From assembly GCA_965222225.1 (NCBI GenBank), contig CBDCTK010000002.1, positions 2,656,001 through 2,720,000 of the forward strand: a stretch of 64,000 bases of DNA, in the 5' to 3' direction. Under the pieces are notes generated by a model. The model saw nothing but the letters and a program-made list of their open reading frames with translations, did no database searches and was not told where the DNA came from. Shown here piece by piece: positions 1 to 11,979 of the stretch. Positions within the stretch are counted from its first letter, which is position 1. The number at the start of each line of letters is the position of its first letter. The translations under genes were made by a program, and so were the position numbers. Source of the DNA: Candidatus Poribacteria bacterium. Lineage in GTDB: Bacteria; Poribacteria; WGA-4E; JAJDTR01.

Positions 1-598
1 TGTAGTCATTGACGAGGTTACCTCGAATGTCTAATGTCTCCAATTCTACCAAATTTGCGAGCGGGCTAATATTTGCAATGTGGTTGTCGCTCAGGTACAA
101 TTCGGTGAGTTGTGTGAGATTCGCGAGTGGTGTAACATCGACGATGCGGTTGCCCTCGAGTCGCAACGTAACAAGGTTTGGTAGGCTTGCGATCGGACTG
201 ATATCGATAATCCGGTTAAACCTGACGTTTAGACCGGTTAGATTAACGAGGTTTGATAGCGATGTTATATCTGAGATGGAGCAAGCGGCTATATCAAGAT
301 AGCTCAATCTTTCGAGGTTGGCTATCGGTGCGAGTTCGGCAAGAGGATTTCCCCATAGAGACAGACTTTTCAGATTCGTTGCGTGTTCCAAGCCGGTGAG
401 GTGCATTATGTCGTGGCGGGCGGCGCCTAGGCTTTCTAGCCGCAGCATGTCTTCTTTTGTGATCCTACTGCCGGGGAGCAGTTGGAGTTCACCGCGAATT
501 GCAGCTTGGAGGTTGGGGTCTGGGATGTCGACGACTTGGGCGTGGGCGGCGATGCAGAGGATAAGGAGGAGGAATAACCGGGAGATGTGTTTGATCAT
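1..598 (-). CDS. Secreted leucine-rich-repeat (internalin-like) protein, runs off the window start
   Basis: Not in the ORF track; translated by hand from ATG 598 (RBS AGGAG upstream): MIKHISRLFLLLILCIAAHAQVVDIPDPNLQAAIR..., signal peptide then LRRs such as LTQLTELYLSDNHIANISPLANL; no stop before position 1. Confidence 0.9.
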   Translation of the reverse strand, partial: MIKHISRLFLLLILCIAAHAQVVDIPDPNLQAAIRGELQLLPGSRITKEDMLRLESLGAARHDIMHLTGLEHATNLKSLSLWGNPLAELAPIANLERLSYLDIAACSISDITSLSNLVNLTGLNVRFNRIIDISPIASLPNLVTLRLEGNRIVDVTPLANLTQLTELYLSDNHIANISPLANLVELETLDIRGNLVNDY

Positions 599-741
599 GG
601 GTGTTCTCCTGAATGCGGTGTTGGTGTTTTCTCGGAGCTATTTTGCAGGAAAGGAACAGGGTTTTCAAGAGAAAACGATGGAAGAGAAGAAATCGGGTAT
701 TTGGTGATTTCAAATCCCAACCCACGCAATTGCGGAGGGAA

Positions 742-773
742 GAAACCAAGTTTTCAGGAAAAAACTCGGTTTC
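742..773. repeat. Palindromic repeat GAAACCGAGTTTT-N-AAAACTCGGTTTC (REP-like family)
   Basis: Further copies at 32672-32705, 37828-37861 and 46937-46968, half-sites near 15303 and 15387, and an interrupted copy at 48120-48222; all intergenic. Confidence 0.8.
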
Positions 774-788
774 AACAGGGTGCTGGGC

Positions 789-2456
789 TTACACGCGCAT
801 GACGACGGGCAGCACCATCGGACGGCGGTCGGTCTTTTTCGCGAAGAACCGGCGCAGCACAGTTCGTACCTCCGCCTGCACGGTTTCGGTCTCGCTCTTG
901 CTCTCCAAACTCATGTGATCTAGCGCATGAATGACGACGTTTTTGGCTTCGTTCATCAAGTCTTCCGATTCATCCATGTAGACAAACCCCCTGGAGACCA
1001 TGTCGGGTCCGTCGACCAAATCCCCGCTGTTGCTGTCTAGCACCGTAATCGGAATCACCATGCCATCTTGCGAGAGTTGATGCCGATCGTGGAGCACGAT
1101 GTCCTCAACCCCAAGATCGATATGTCCATCGACCAAGACGCGGCCTGCCGGGATCTTGTCTCGGATGTCGCACGAGTCAGGGGTAAGCAGCACACAATCT
1201 CCGTTCTCGGCAACGGTGATGTTTTCGTTCGGCACCCCTACTGTCTCGGCGAGTTCAGCGTGCTTAACGAGGTTGCTATATTCGCCGTGCATCGGTATGA
1301 AAAACTTGGGACGCACAAGGTTGAGCATCAATTTCAGGTCTTCCTGCGCCCCGTGTCCGGAAACATGAACGTTGGCATTTTTTTCGTTGAGAACGTGTGC
1401 GCCGCGTCGTAGGAGGTGGTTGATCATGTTGCCGACCGATCTTTCATTCCCCGGAATAATTCGGGCGGAGATAACGACGGTGTCTTCCGGCTCAACTCGC
1501 AAAAAGGCATGGTTGTCCAGCGCCATGAGCGCCATCGCGGAGCGCGGTTCACCCTGACTTCCGGTGCTCAAGACGGCGACCTCGTGCGGACTGAACTGGT
1601 GAACCTCGCGCGGGTTGATCAGCAAGTCAGGCGGCACGTTGAGGTATCCGAGTTCGGAAGCTGTACGGATGTTGTTGACCAAAGAGCGCCCGCTGACCGC
1701 AACCAGGCGGTGGTGCCTCTGCGCGAGTTCCACAAATTGTTGGATGCGGTGGAGACTTGAGGAGAAGGTGGAGAAGAAAAGCCGGTGCTTGACGTTTTTA
1801 AAAATTTGGTCGAGATCGTCATAGATGCTGAGTTCTGAGGGGGTCAAGCCGGGACGGTCGGCGTTCGTGCTGTCGGAGACGAGGAGCAGCACCCCTTTTT
1901 GGCCGAGCGCAGCCAGCTTGTGCATCTCCGTGAGTCGATTATCTCCAGGGGTGAGATCGAACTTGAAGTCGCCCGTATGAACAATGACCCCGACCGGCGT
2001 GTGAAGCGCAATCGCAACCGCATCGGGAATACTGTGGGTGACGTGGATGAATTCCATGTTGAAGCTACCGAGTTGCAGCGGTTCGTCGGGGGTGATGACG
2101 TTCAACTCCGCGTCCTTGAGGACATCGTATTCGCGCAGTCTTCCTTTCGCTATGGCGAGCGTCAACGCCGTGCCGTAAACAGGAGCGTTGATTTGACGAA
2201 GGAACAACGCAAGGGCGCCGATGTGATCCTCGTGCGCGTGGGTGAGGATGATTCCCCGTACTTTGTGCCGGTTTTCGATTAGATAGGTCAGATCCGGGAA
2301 CACCAGGTCTACGCCGGGCATGTCGGGTTCGGGAAACATTAGACCGGCGTCGATAACGATGAGATCCTCACCGTATTCGTACGCCATCATATTCAAGCCA
2401 AATTCCCCTAAACCGCCAATGGGAATGATTGACACTCCGTTTTCAGTTTCAGACAT
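789..2456 (-). CDS. rnj: Ribonuclease J
   Basis: 555 aa; GGLGEFGLNM, THAHEDHIG metallo-beta-lactamase motif, HSIPD, TGDFK, GSQGEP, HVSGH. Confidence 0.97.
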   Translation of the reverse strand: MSETENGVSIIPIGGLGEFGLNMMAYEYGEDLIVIDAGLMFPEPDMPGVDLVFPDLTYLIENRHKVRGIILTHAHEDHIGALALFLRQINAPVYGTALTLAIAKGRLREYDVLKDAELNVITPDEPLQLGSFNMEFIHVTHSIPDAVAIALHTPVGVIVHTGDFKFDLTPGDNRLTEMHKLAALGQKGVLLLVSDSTNADRPGLTPSELSIYDDLDQIFKNVKHRLFFSTFSSSLHRIQQFVELAQRHHRLVAVSGRSLVNNIRTASELGYLNVPPDLLINPREVHQFSPHEVAVLSTGSQGEPRSAMALMALDNHAFLRVEPEDTVVISARIIPGNERSVGNMINHLLRRGAHVLNEKNANVHVSGHGAQEDLKLMLNLVRPKFFIPMHGEYSNLVKHAELAETVGVPNENITVAENGDCVLLTPDSCDIRDKIPAGRVLVDGHIDLGVEDIVLHDRHQLSQDGMVIPITVLDSNSGDLVDGPDMVSRGFVYMDESEDLMNEAKNVVIHALDHMSLESKSETETVQAEVRTVLRRFFAKKTDRRPMVLPVVMRV

Positions 2457-2504
2457 TCAGTTTTACCTCTTCATCATAATTCTTCAGGTGACCCCGTGCC
2501 CCGC

Positions 2505-5054
2505 TTACACGACGATGTTCACCAATCGATTGGGAACGACGATTACCTTTCGCACCGTTTTCCCGGTGATGTGATTTTGCACGCGCTCGTCCGCAAGCGC
2601 GGCGGCTTCCGCCTCTTCGTTGGTGGCATCCACAGCGAGTTGGACGCGCCCCCGTAGTTTGCCGTTGACCTGCACGACGATGGTGACTTCTTCGCGCTTG
2701 AGCGCTTCCGGATCGCAGATTGGCCAAGACGCATGAGCGATGAGTGTCGCCTCGCCGAGCCGCGCCCAGAGTTCTTCGGCAATGTGCGGCGCGTAGGGGG
2801 CGAGCAACCGGAGGAACGTCTTTACCACCTCTTTCGGGGCAGATTTCGATTGTGTGGCGGCATTGACAAACACCATCATGTGGCTAATGGCGGTGTTCAT
2901 CTTGTCGATTGATTCCGTATCCTCGGTAACGTCCTTGATAGCTTGGTTCAATACCTTCCACAGTTCAAGATCGCTATCAATGGGCGCATCGGTCAGCTTG
3001 GTGTTGAGTTCGCCCGTATCTTCGTCAATCACGAGCCGCCACACCCGCTGAAGGAATCGATAGACACCGTCCACGCCGCGCGTCTGCCACGGGGCGCTGA
3101 CGCTCAGGGGACCGATAAACAGTTCATACAGACGCAGCGCATCGGCGCCATACGCATCGGTTGCCTCCTCCGTTGTCACGATGTTAAAGCGAGACTTGGA
3201 CATCTTCTCAATCTGGGTGTTCGCCCGCACGCCGGATGCTTTAACGAACCACTCCGCATCCCGATTCTCCACCTCTTTCGGGGAGTAGTATTTGCCGTTA
3301 TCGTCCTGATAGGAATAGGCGAGAATCATGCCCTGATTAAAGAGTTTTTGGAACGGTTCCTTCGTGGAAACAAGCCCGCAGTCGTACAGAACTTTGTGCC
3401 AAAACCGCGCGTAGAGCAGGTGCAGAACGGCGTGTTCCGCGCCACCCACGTAGAGGTCAACCGGCATCCAGTATCGTTCCGTCTCGGCAGACCAGGGTTC
3501 AAGCGTGTTTTGCGGATCCATGTATCGCAGATAGTACCAACAAGATCCCGCCCACTGAGGCATGGTATTCGTTTCGCGCATCCCTTTCCGCCCGTCCGGC
3601 AAGGTGACCATTAGCCAGTCGTCGGAGGCACGTGCTAGAGGCGGCTCGCCTCCGGCTGTCGGTTTATACTCGTTAATCGGAGGCAGCTCTACCGGAAGTT
3701 CGCTCTCCGGGAGGGGCATAATCGTTCCATCCTCCAACTGCACCGTGGGGAAGGGTTCGCCCCAGTAACGTTGGCGCGAAAACAGCCAATCGCGCAGGCG
3801 GTATTGCACCTGGCGTTTCGCTTTCCCATCAGCTTCAAGCCGCTCAATCATCTTCGTTTTCGCAGCTTGAACGTCGAGACCGTTGAGAAATCCGCTGTTA
3901 ATGGCAGGTCCATCGCCGAGATAGGGGCCTCCCTCAAAGTCATCCGGCGGTTGAACGGTGCGGACAATGGGTAGATTGTACGCTTCTGCAAACTCCCAGT
4001 CGCGGTCATCCTGAGCGGGCACAGCCATAATAGCTCCCGTGCCGTACGCCATCAGTACGTAGTCGGCAACCCAGATAGGAATTGCTTTCTCATTCGCCGG
4101 GTTAACCGCATAAGCCCCCGTGAAAACGCCGGTTTTTTCCTTGGCGAGATCGGTTCGTTGCAGATCGGTTTTGTTCCTCGCGTCCTCAATGTAGGACTCC
4201 ACAGCGGATCGATGCTCTTCCGCCGTGAGTTTTTCAACCAGCGGGTGCTCCGGCGCAAAGACGCAGTACGTCGCGCCGAACAGCGTATCCGGTCGAGTGG
4301 TGAAGACGGAAAATGAAAGGTCGGAATCCTTTATCCTGAACTCTAGCTCCGCGCCCTCCGATTTACCGATCCAGTTCCGCTGCATCTCCTTAATCCCTTC
4401 GGGCCAATCAAGTTCTTCAATGTCCTCTAACAGTCGCTCGGCATATGCGGTAATCCTCAGCATCCACTGCCGCATCAAGCGTTGCTCAACCGGATCGCCG
4501 GTTTCCACGTACTTCCCGTCCTTGACCTCCTCGTTAGAGAGAACCGTTCCCAGTGCGGGACACCAGTTGACAGGAATGTCGTCAAGGTACGCCAATCCTT
4601 TCTCGTGCAGTTTCAGGAAAATCCATTGCGTCCATCGGTAGTAGTCGGGTGCGGAAGTGCTTATCTCTCTGTCCCAATCGTAGGAGAAACCGATGCGTTT
4701 TATCTGTTCGCGGAATTTGTCGATGTTTCTGCTCGTCACGATAGCCGGATGGATGTTCTCGCGCTCGGCGGTGCGTTCGATTGTCAGCCCGAACGAATCC
4801 CAGCCCATCGGATGCAGCACATTATAGCCCTGCATGCGTTTCATGCGAGCCAACACGTCCGTGGAGGTGTAACCTTTGGGGTGGCCAACGTGCAGTCCTG
4901 CGCCGGAGGTGTAAGGAAACATATCAAGGATGTAATACTTCGGTTTTCCTTTCCGAGCTTCAGGGTCGTCGGAAGTGCGGAACGTTTTTCGTTCATCCCA
5001 GATGCGTTGCCATTTCGGCTCAATGGCACCGGGCTGATATGAGTGTTCTGTCAT
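2505..5054 (-). CDS. leuS: Leucine--tRNA ligase
   Basis: 849 aa; DMFPY, HVGH, editing TTRPDT and [15 protein letters not shown]-terminal VQVNGK...VPNRLVNIV. Confidence 0.98.
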   Translation of the reverse strand: MTEHSYQPGAIEPKWQRIWDERKTFRTSDDPEARKGKPKYYILDMFPYTSGAGLHVGHPKGYTSTDVLARMKRMQGYNVLHPMGWDSFGLTIERTAERENIHPAIVTSRNIDKFREQIKRIGFSYDWDREISTSAPDYYRWTQWIFLKLHEKGLAYLDDIPVNWCPALGTVLSNEEVKDGKYVETGDPVEQRLMRQWMLRITAYAERLLEDIEELDWPEGIKEMQRNWIGKSEGAELEFRIKDSDLSFSVFTTRPDTLFGATYCVFAPEHPLVEKLTAEEHRSAVESYIEDARNKTDLQRTDLAKEKTGVFTGAYAVNPANEKAIPIWVADYVLMAYGTGAIMAVPAQDDRDWEFAEAYNLPIVRTVQPPDDFEGGPYLGDGPAINSGFLNGLDVQAAKTKMIERLEADGKAKRQVQYRLRDWLFSRQRYWGEPFPTVQLEDGTIMPLPESELPVELPPINEYKPTAGGEPPLARASDDWLMVTLPDGRKGMRETNTMPQWAGSCWYYLRYMDPQNTLEPWSAETERYWMPVDLYVGGAEHAVLHLLYARFWHKVLYDCGLVSTKEPFQKLFNQGMILAYSYQDDNGKYYSPKEVENRDAEWFVKASGVRANTQIEKMSKSRFNIVTTEEATDAYGADALRLYELFIGPLSVSAPWQTRGVDGVYRFLQRVWRLVIDEDTGELNTKLTDAPIDSDLELWKVLNQAIKDVTEDTESIDKMNTAISHMMVFVNAATQSKSAPKEVVKTFLRLLAPYAPHIAEELWARLGEATLIAHASWPICDPEALKREEVTIVVQVNGKLRGRVQLAVDATNEEAEAAALADERVQNHITGKTVRKVIVVPNRLVNIVV

Positions 5055-5137
5055 TTCGGTTTCTCCTCAATTCGTCAACTTGTGCAATTGGCTATGGCTC
5101 CTAGGTTTAAGTCGTGTTCTTTTGATTCGCTAACAGC

Positions 5138-5179
5138 AAATAAAAAGCCCACCACCGAAGGGGAGTTCGATGATGGGCT
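5138..5179 (-). terminator. Intrinsic terminator in the leuS leader (attenuator 3:4 hairpin)
   Basis: Minus strand AGCCCATCATCGAA-CTCCCC-TTCGGTGGTGGGCT followed by TTTTATTT, about 85 nt upstream of the leuS start. Confidence 0.85.
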
Positions 5180-5207
5180 GTAAATCGGGAATCGGTATGA
5201 ATGCAGT

Positions 5208-5327
5208 CTAACGTCTCCTCAATACGCCTCCGCCCATCACGCAAGGCAATCGCAATAACTCCGAAAGAACGTTCTGTTGGGGAGCGATGGGGTGGCGGTT
5301 GTTGATGGGCGCGGGTTGGAAAAACAT
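5208..5327 (-). promoter_or_regulatory. Putative leuS leader peptide (39 aa) of a translation-coupled attenuator
   Basis: GGAG RBS, then MFFQPAPINNRHPIAPQQNVLSELLRLPCVMGGGVLRRR*; Leu cluster CTT TCG GAG TTA TTG CGA TTG lies just before GTGATGGGC, which is complementary to the terminator 5' arm. Confidence 0.7.
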
Positions 5328-5644
5328 GATTAAGGACTCCGAATAAGAATATCAACTTCATAGGATGTTATTGGAATTATACCAGATGAAGCGGACAAAG
5401 TCAAACCAATTGGGGTAATCTCGCAAGGCGATTGCATCTGGTATTGGTCGTGGAGGCGCCCTTGTTCACACTTCGTCTTCTGTAGGAGCGATCTTCGATC
5501 ATCAAATCGAAGATGGAATCCCCTTTGCTCGCGACAGAAGGTCGAGATCTGGAGAGGGATCTCTATCGCACTGGGATCTCTATCGTCCTCGCTATTCACT
5601 CGGTTGATCTATTCGTTCGGTTGATCTCATTTAATCCCGCTGGA

Positions 5645-5790
5645 GTGCAAGACATTGCCAACACTTTGTCGGATTCTCTCGAAAATCAGATGCGGTTCTT
5701 CTGTTTTGTCTACGAAACGGAATTGACCATATACTTCCCCTCTGCTAGAATATGACGCACTTGAAGAGATTTAAATCCTAATCGCCCGGA
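5645..5790 (+). promoter_or_regulatory. About 150-bp promoter module, copy 1
   Basis: TTGACC(5723)-17-TAGAAT(5746) with extended TG; imperfect direct repeat of 11372-11520. Confidence 0.65.
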
Positions 5791-5828
5791 AAACTGTGTT
5801 AACCGTATCGCTGACGACTGACAACCCT

Positions 5829-8800
5829 ATGGGTGCAGAGCGAGACACAACCACAAATCTCTCCGAACATTGCCTCTCGCTAGACCTCGAAGTCGGCGTT
5901 GAGGACTGCCGTATCCATGCCTTCGCGGCGGTGCGTCCGGATACGGGGCAACCCCTCCTCTTTCCCGCGGGGAGCAGCAGCTTGGCTGCGGCATTGAACA
6001 AGCTGGACGACTTTGCCGATGGCGTAGATTTCGTACTGGGCCACAATCTGATTGATTTCGATTTACCCCACCTGCAAGCCGCTGCCCCCAATCTACGGCT
6101 ATTGCGGCTGCCCGTCGTAGACACTCTGAGACTCAATCCCCTAGCCTTCCCTAGCAACCCGTATCACCACTTGGTTAAGCATTATCAAGACGGGCAAATC
6201 AAACGCGGGCGCATCAACGCCCCGGACCTGGATGCCAGACTTGCCCTGGAGGTCTTCGACGACCAGCAAAAGGCTCTCCGCAATGCATCGTCCGACTTGT
6301 TGACGGCTTGGCATTGGCTGACCACGGCGGTCAATGGCGCGGGATTCGATAGGTTTTTCACGTCACTGCGAGGCTCGGCAAGGCCCACCGACACCGAAGC
6401 GTCTGACGCAATTGACACCCTACTAAGTGGCAAGGCGTGCCAGACGCACGCTAGCGAGTCGATAGCAAATGCAGACCGGCACGCTTGGGAGTTGGCGTAT
6501 GCCCTAGCATGGATCTCGGTGTCCGGAGGCAATTCGGTCATGCCTCCTTGGGTGCGGCATCAATTTCCCGAGGCGGGACGGTTGGTGCGCCGGCTGCGCG
6601 ACACCTCGTGCGCCGATGCCGGCTGCGACTGGTGTCGGGAGCAGCACGACGCCGAAAAGGAACTTACCCGCTTGTTCGGCTTTGCCGACTTTCGGACAGA
6701 GCCGACGGACGATGCCGGGCGATCCATCCAGCAGGCCATCGTCAAAGCCGCGATGGCGCGCGAGCATGCGCTGGGAATCCTGCCGACCGGTAGCGGCAAG
6801 TCGCTTTGCTATCAGCTCCCGGCGCTGTCTCGCTACGACAAGACGGGTGCCCTAACGGTGGTAATCTCGCCATTGGTTGCCCTCATGGCAGACCAGGTGG
6901 CGGGGCTTGAGGCGCGGGAGATCGTTTGCTGCGCCACCATAAACGGGCTGCTGTCGATGCCCGAGCGAGCGGATGCCCTGGACCGAGTGCGCTTGGGAGA
7001 TGCGGGGATCGTCCTGATTGCACCGGAGCAGCTTCGCAGCGTCTCCTTCCGCAGGGCGCTGGAGCAGCGCGAAATCGGCGCCTGGGTGCTGGACGAGGCG
7101 CACTGCCTCTCGAAGTGGGGGCACGACTTTCGGCCCGATTACCGGTACGTGGGTCGTTTCATCCGCGAAAAGGCTGGGGAGCAGCCGGTGCCGCCCGTGT
7201 TGTGCCTGACGGCGACCGCCAAGCCAGATGTGAAGGCGGAAATCGTGAACTATTTCCGTGAGGCGCTTGACATCACGCTGAAGGTCTTCGATGGCGGTTC
7301 CCGACGAACGAATCTGGAGTTTGTGGTCGTGCAGACGACCGGCGGCGAGAAATATTCCCATATCTACCAGATTATTACAGCGGATCTGCCGACAGATGAA
7401 CCGAGCGGCGCCATCGTGTACTGCGCCACTCGGCGGCAGACTGAAGAGATTTCCGAATTCTTGCAGGCAAAGGAACTGACGGCAGACCACTTTCATGCAG
7501 GACTGCTGCCGGAGAAAAAGAAGCATGTCCAGCAGAGTTTCATCCGTGGCGATCTGCGAGTTATCGCTGCCACGAACGCTTTTGGCATGGGAATAGATAA
7601 GCCGGACGTGCGGCTGGTGATCCATGCCGACATCCCCGGTTCCTTGGAGAATTACCTGCAGGAGGCGGGGCGCGCCGGGCGGGACCAGAATGCGGCGCGC
7701 TGCGTGTTGCTGTACACGCCGGAAGATGTGGAGCGCCAGTTTGGCATGTCGGCGTATTCTCGGCTCACGCGGCGGGAAATCCACGGCGTCCTGAGGGCAC
7801 TGCGGAATTTGGACCGGAAAAATCGCCTGGGCGGCGAGGTGGTAGCCACCGTCGGTGAAATCCTCCTTGAGGACGAAGACAAAGCCTTCGAGCGGGATTC
7901 GGCAACCGACGACAACCGCGTGCGCACCGCAGTGGCGTGGCTGGAGGAGGCGGTGCTGCTGAGCCGAGAGGAGAACGACGTAAGGGTGTTTCCGTCCTCG
8001 CTGCGCGTGCGTTCAAAGGAGGAGGCATGCGCCAAGCTGGAGAAGGCTCGCATCAGAGATGCCTATCGTCGTCAACTGTTGACCATCGTTGAGAGGCTGA
8101 TCGAGGCAGATCCGGACGAAGGAATCTCCACGGACGAGTTGATGGCGGCATCCGGTCTGACTCCGGAAAGGGTGCGAGGCGCGCTCTACGACCTGGAACA
8201 ATTGGGTATCGCAAGTAACGACACAGTGTTGACCGCCTTCGTACACACAGGGGTGGAGCGCTCATCGCGGAAACGCTACGACGAGGCGGCGGCACTGGAG
8301 AGTGCCCTGATTGACATTCTACGCGAAACGGCTCCCGATATGGTCAAGGGCGAGAGTTCCATGCTGCATCTCCGGGTCGCCACCCAACGGCTCAAGGAGG
8401 AGGGTCATACCTCCGCCCTGCCGGAACGCCTATGGCGGATCGTCCGAAGCATCGCCGCCGACGGGCGTGGCGAGGGTAGCGGCGGGGGAAGCCTCGGTGT
8501 GCGAGGGCATGATGGAGAGACTGTGCAGGTGACATTACAACGCGAGTGGAATGCGTTGGAGGAGACCGCCAGGATGCGCCGGGAAGCCGCGGTACACCTC
8601 CTCGAACATCTACTTGCCAGCCTACCGCCGGGAAGCCGAGGCACAGACCTGCTTGCGGAGACGACCTTAGGCAAGTTGCTGATGGAGGTCAAGTCGGACC
8701 AGATTTTAATGAGCCGAGTCAAGAACCCTGTCAAGTTGATGGAGCGTGCTCTGCTTTGGCTGCACGAGCAGGAGGTCGTCCAGTTGAATAAAGGTTTGGC

Positions 8801-10950
8801 GGTGTTTCGGTCAGCGATGACCATCCACCTGAAACCGGAACGTCGCGGTTTTGCTCAGACAGATTTTGCATCCCTCAAACTCCACTACGACGAACAGATT
8901 CTGCAGATCCACGTTATGGCGGAATTCGCGCAGCAGGGACTTGGGTCGATGGCTGATGCCCTGCGTCTGGCTATGGACTATTTCGTGCTTAGCCGAGATG
9001 ACTTTATGCGTCGCTGGCTGCCAGACAGAGGCAGGGAAATCTCGCGGCAGACCACGCCGGAATCGTGGCGAACCATTGTCGAAAGCCTGAGAAATCCCAT
9101 TCAGCGCCGCATCGTCGCGGACGACCGGGAGCAGACGAACGTGCTGGTGCTCGCCGGTCCCGGCTCCGGCAAGACACGGGTGTTGGTGCATCGTATCGCC
9201 TATTCTGATTCGCGCGAGGCGCGAGAACCCTCGCGGAATCTTGGCGCTCGCCTACAACCGGCACGCCGCGGTGGAGATCCGCCGCCGCCTTGCGGAACTC
9301 ATCGGCGGCGACGCCCGCGGGGTGATGGTGTTCACGTGCCACGCGCTCGCCATGCGACTGGTCGGCGCCAGTTTCGAGGGGCGCGCCAATCTTATGAACG
9401 ACGAGGGTTTCCAAGCAATACTCCGAGATGCGGCGGCGCTGCTGCGTGGGGAGGGACTGCCGCCGGACGAGGCGGACGAGTATCGGGGGCGGCTGTTGGC
9501 GGGTTTCCGCTGGATACTGGTGGATGAGTACCAGGACATAGGCGCGGATCAGTACGAACTGATTTCCGCCCTGGCAGGCAGAACCCTCGCCGACGAAGAC
9601 GACAGGCTAAGCCTCTTCGCGGTGGGGGACGACGATCAGAACATCTACGCTTTCAGTGGCGCGTCGGTTGAGTTTATCCGCCGCTTTGAGACCGACTACG
9701 GCGCCCAACCCACTTTCCTGACCGACAACTACCGCTCCACCACCCATATTATCGCTGCCGCCAATGCGGTAATCGCGCCGGCGCGGCAACGGATGAAGAC
9801 CGGGCATCCCATCGGCATCGACAGAGCGCGCGCGAAAGAACCACCCGGCGGCGCGTGGTCTAATCTTGACCCGGTCGCCCGGGGGAGAGTCCAGATATTG
9901 TCGGTTGGCGATAGCGCTATCACCCTGGCTCAGACGGTCGTCGCCGAATTGAAGCGGTTGTCCGGTTTAACACAGGACTGGGATTGGTCGAAATGCGCCG
10001 TTGTGGCGCGCGAATGGAGCTACCTCGATCCGGTGCGCAGCCTCTGCGAACTTGAGGAGGTTCCAGTTCAGATGGCGAACGAAGACATCCTGAACGTCTG
10101 GCATCTGCGGGAGACCCGCGGTCTCGTGAACTGGCTACGCGCGCGGGATTCCCGCTTGATTAAGAGTGCTGACCTGAACGACTGGGCAGTCAAACAACCC
10201 CCGGGCGCTTGGGCCGAATTGCTGCAGGAAAGCATAGCGGAGTACGCGCTGGAAACCGGTGGCGCCGAGACACCCGTGGATCACTTCATCGAATGGCTGG
10301 CGGAGTGGGGGCGAGAGGTACGCCGCCGGCAGCGGGGGTTGTTGCTGCTGACCGCCCACCGCGCCAAGGGCTTGGAGTTCGACCACGTGGTTGTGCTGGA
10401 CGGAGGCTGGGATCGCGTTAGCAGCCATGAGGATGTGGATGCCCCGCGCCGGTTGTACTACGTGGCTATGACCCGTGCACGACACACCCTCGCTCTGGCG
10501 CGCTTTCCGGGGGCGCACCCGCGGCAGGATGCCTTGCGGGGCTGTCCTTCGGCACTGCACTACCCGGCGCCCGTCAGGCTCCCACCGGCACCACCGGAAC
10601 TTGAACGCCGCTATAGGCGGCTCAGCCTACGCGAAGTCTTTCTGGGTTTCGCCGGATATAAGCGCCCTAGCGACCCGGTGCATCGTGCAATTGGTGCGCT
10701 CTCGCCCGGCGATCGGCTGCAGGTGCGGGTCGGGTCGAAGCGTTGGGAGCTACTGGATCGCGACGGGACAGTTGTAGGAAGACTTGCCGCCGGTTTCAAA
10801 GCGCTTGACGGCATGCGCTGCACATCTGCCAAGGTCTGGGCAGTCGTCACCTGGGGCCGCGAGCGTTCGGAGCCGCAGTACCAAGACCGCCTTCTATGTG
10901 ATGACTGGGAGGTGGTGGTGCCGGAGTTGATTTTCGAGCCGAATTCGTAA
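5829..10950 (+). pseudogene. DEDD-exonuclease/RecQ/UvrD-like double-helicase fusion (about 1700 aa) split by a single-base frameshift
   Basis: LDLEVG and GHNLIDFD exonuclease motifs; RecQ PTGSGKS, DEAHC, ATNAFGMGIDK, QEAGRAGRD; UvrD AGPGSGKT, VDEYQD, VGDDDQNIY, NYRS, HRAKGLEFD, YVAMTRA. An extra T near 9203 (GCC TAT T CTG ATT) separates ORFs 5796-9527 and 9241-10950; could be a sequencing error. Confidence 0.88.
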
Positions 10951-11371
10951 TCTTACCGGCAAGCCGACATGCCGGTTCATTCACCCTTTTCCCGACTTGT
11001 AAGGATCTCTATCGATCAACGGACCGAACAGGATTCAAATGGGCGATAGAAAATCCTACTCGTTATTCGCTTGCTCGATCTATCCGCTCGCTTGACCTCC
11101 ACTGAGGTGCAGGACATTGCCAACACTAAACGACACGTACAATACTGCTACAAGGATTTCTCTCCAGCGGAGCGCCATGTTGGGCTTTTCTTAGAAATAA
11201 TGATTATCTAAACTAATTTAGAGATGCGGTTAGGTGCAGTATTTTGGGTGCATATTACGCTGCTCCAACTCGGAGAGATGGTTTTAAGCTATTTTGGAGA
11301 TAATGACATTCCGCTCCTCTGGAGCGGGAGAAAGACGTACCTCTTGGCTACAGACATAACACTCCGCTGAA

Positions 11372-11520
11372 GTGCAAGACATTGCAAACACTTCGTCGAT
11401 TTCCCTAGGACATCTAATGCGATTCGCCTGTTTTGCCTACGAAACGGAGTTGACCGTATACTTGCCTTCTGCTAGAATCTGGCGTACTTGGCCGGATTGG
11501 AATCCTCAAATTGCCCGGAA
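11372..11520 (+). promoter_or_regulatory. About 150-bp promoter module, copy 2
   Basis: TTGACC(11450)-17-TAGAAT(11473); aligns with 5645-5790; the first ~20 nt also occur near 11106. Confidence 0.65.
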
Positions 11521-11570
11521 AGATTTACGAGCCGTACCGCTGAAATTACAAGTGAGGAGAAGAGATAGAT

Positions 11571-11885
11571 GTGCTTGCTATGGTGCAGAGCAGCGCAATC
11601 ATGGGCATTGATGCCTACATTGTTCAGGTGGAGATCGACATCGCAGATGGACTGCCCGCTTCAATACGGTCGGGTTGCCGGATAGCGCGGTAAAAGAGAG
11701 CCGCGAGCGCGTGGCAGCAACAATCAAGAACTCCGGTTTCTATTTTCCAACGACCCGAATCAAGGCGAATCTCGCGCCTGCCGATGTTCGCAAAGAGGCG
11801 TCTGCCTTCGATCTGCCGATTGCTCTGGGAGTCTTTGCGGCTACGGCACAAATCCGCGACAAGAGTTTTGACCAAACGCTGGTTT
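11571..11885 (+). pseudogene. comM: Truncated, frameshifted 5' duplicate of comM/yifB
   Basis: Co-linear with 15501-15816; 1-nt deletion near 11659; similarity stops abruptly after CCAAACGCTGGTTT. Confidence 0.92.
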
Positions 11886-11979
11886 GTCAAGTCCTAAAAT
11901 TAGGTTTACATGAAAATCCACGAATTACCGGTGGTTTAGAGAGAGTTGCTGCAGGCTTTTCTGACTTAAGGAGTTCAAT

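Noticed and set aside
5100-5400. T-box riboswitch upstream of leuS
   Set aside because: No T-box GGTGGNACCGCG-type antiterminator or specifier stem seen; a leader-peptide model fits better.
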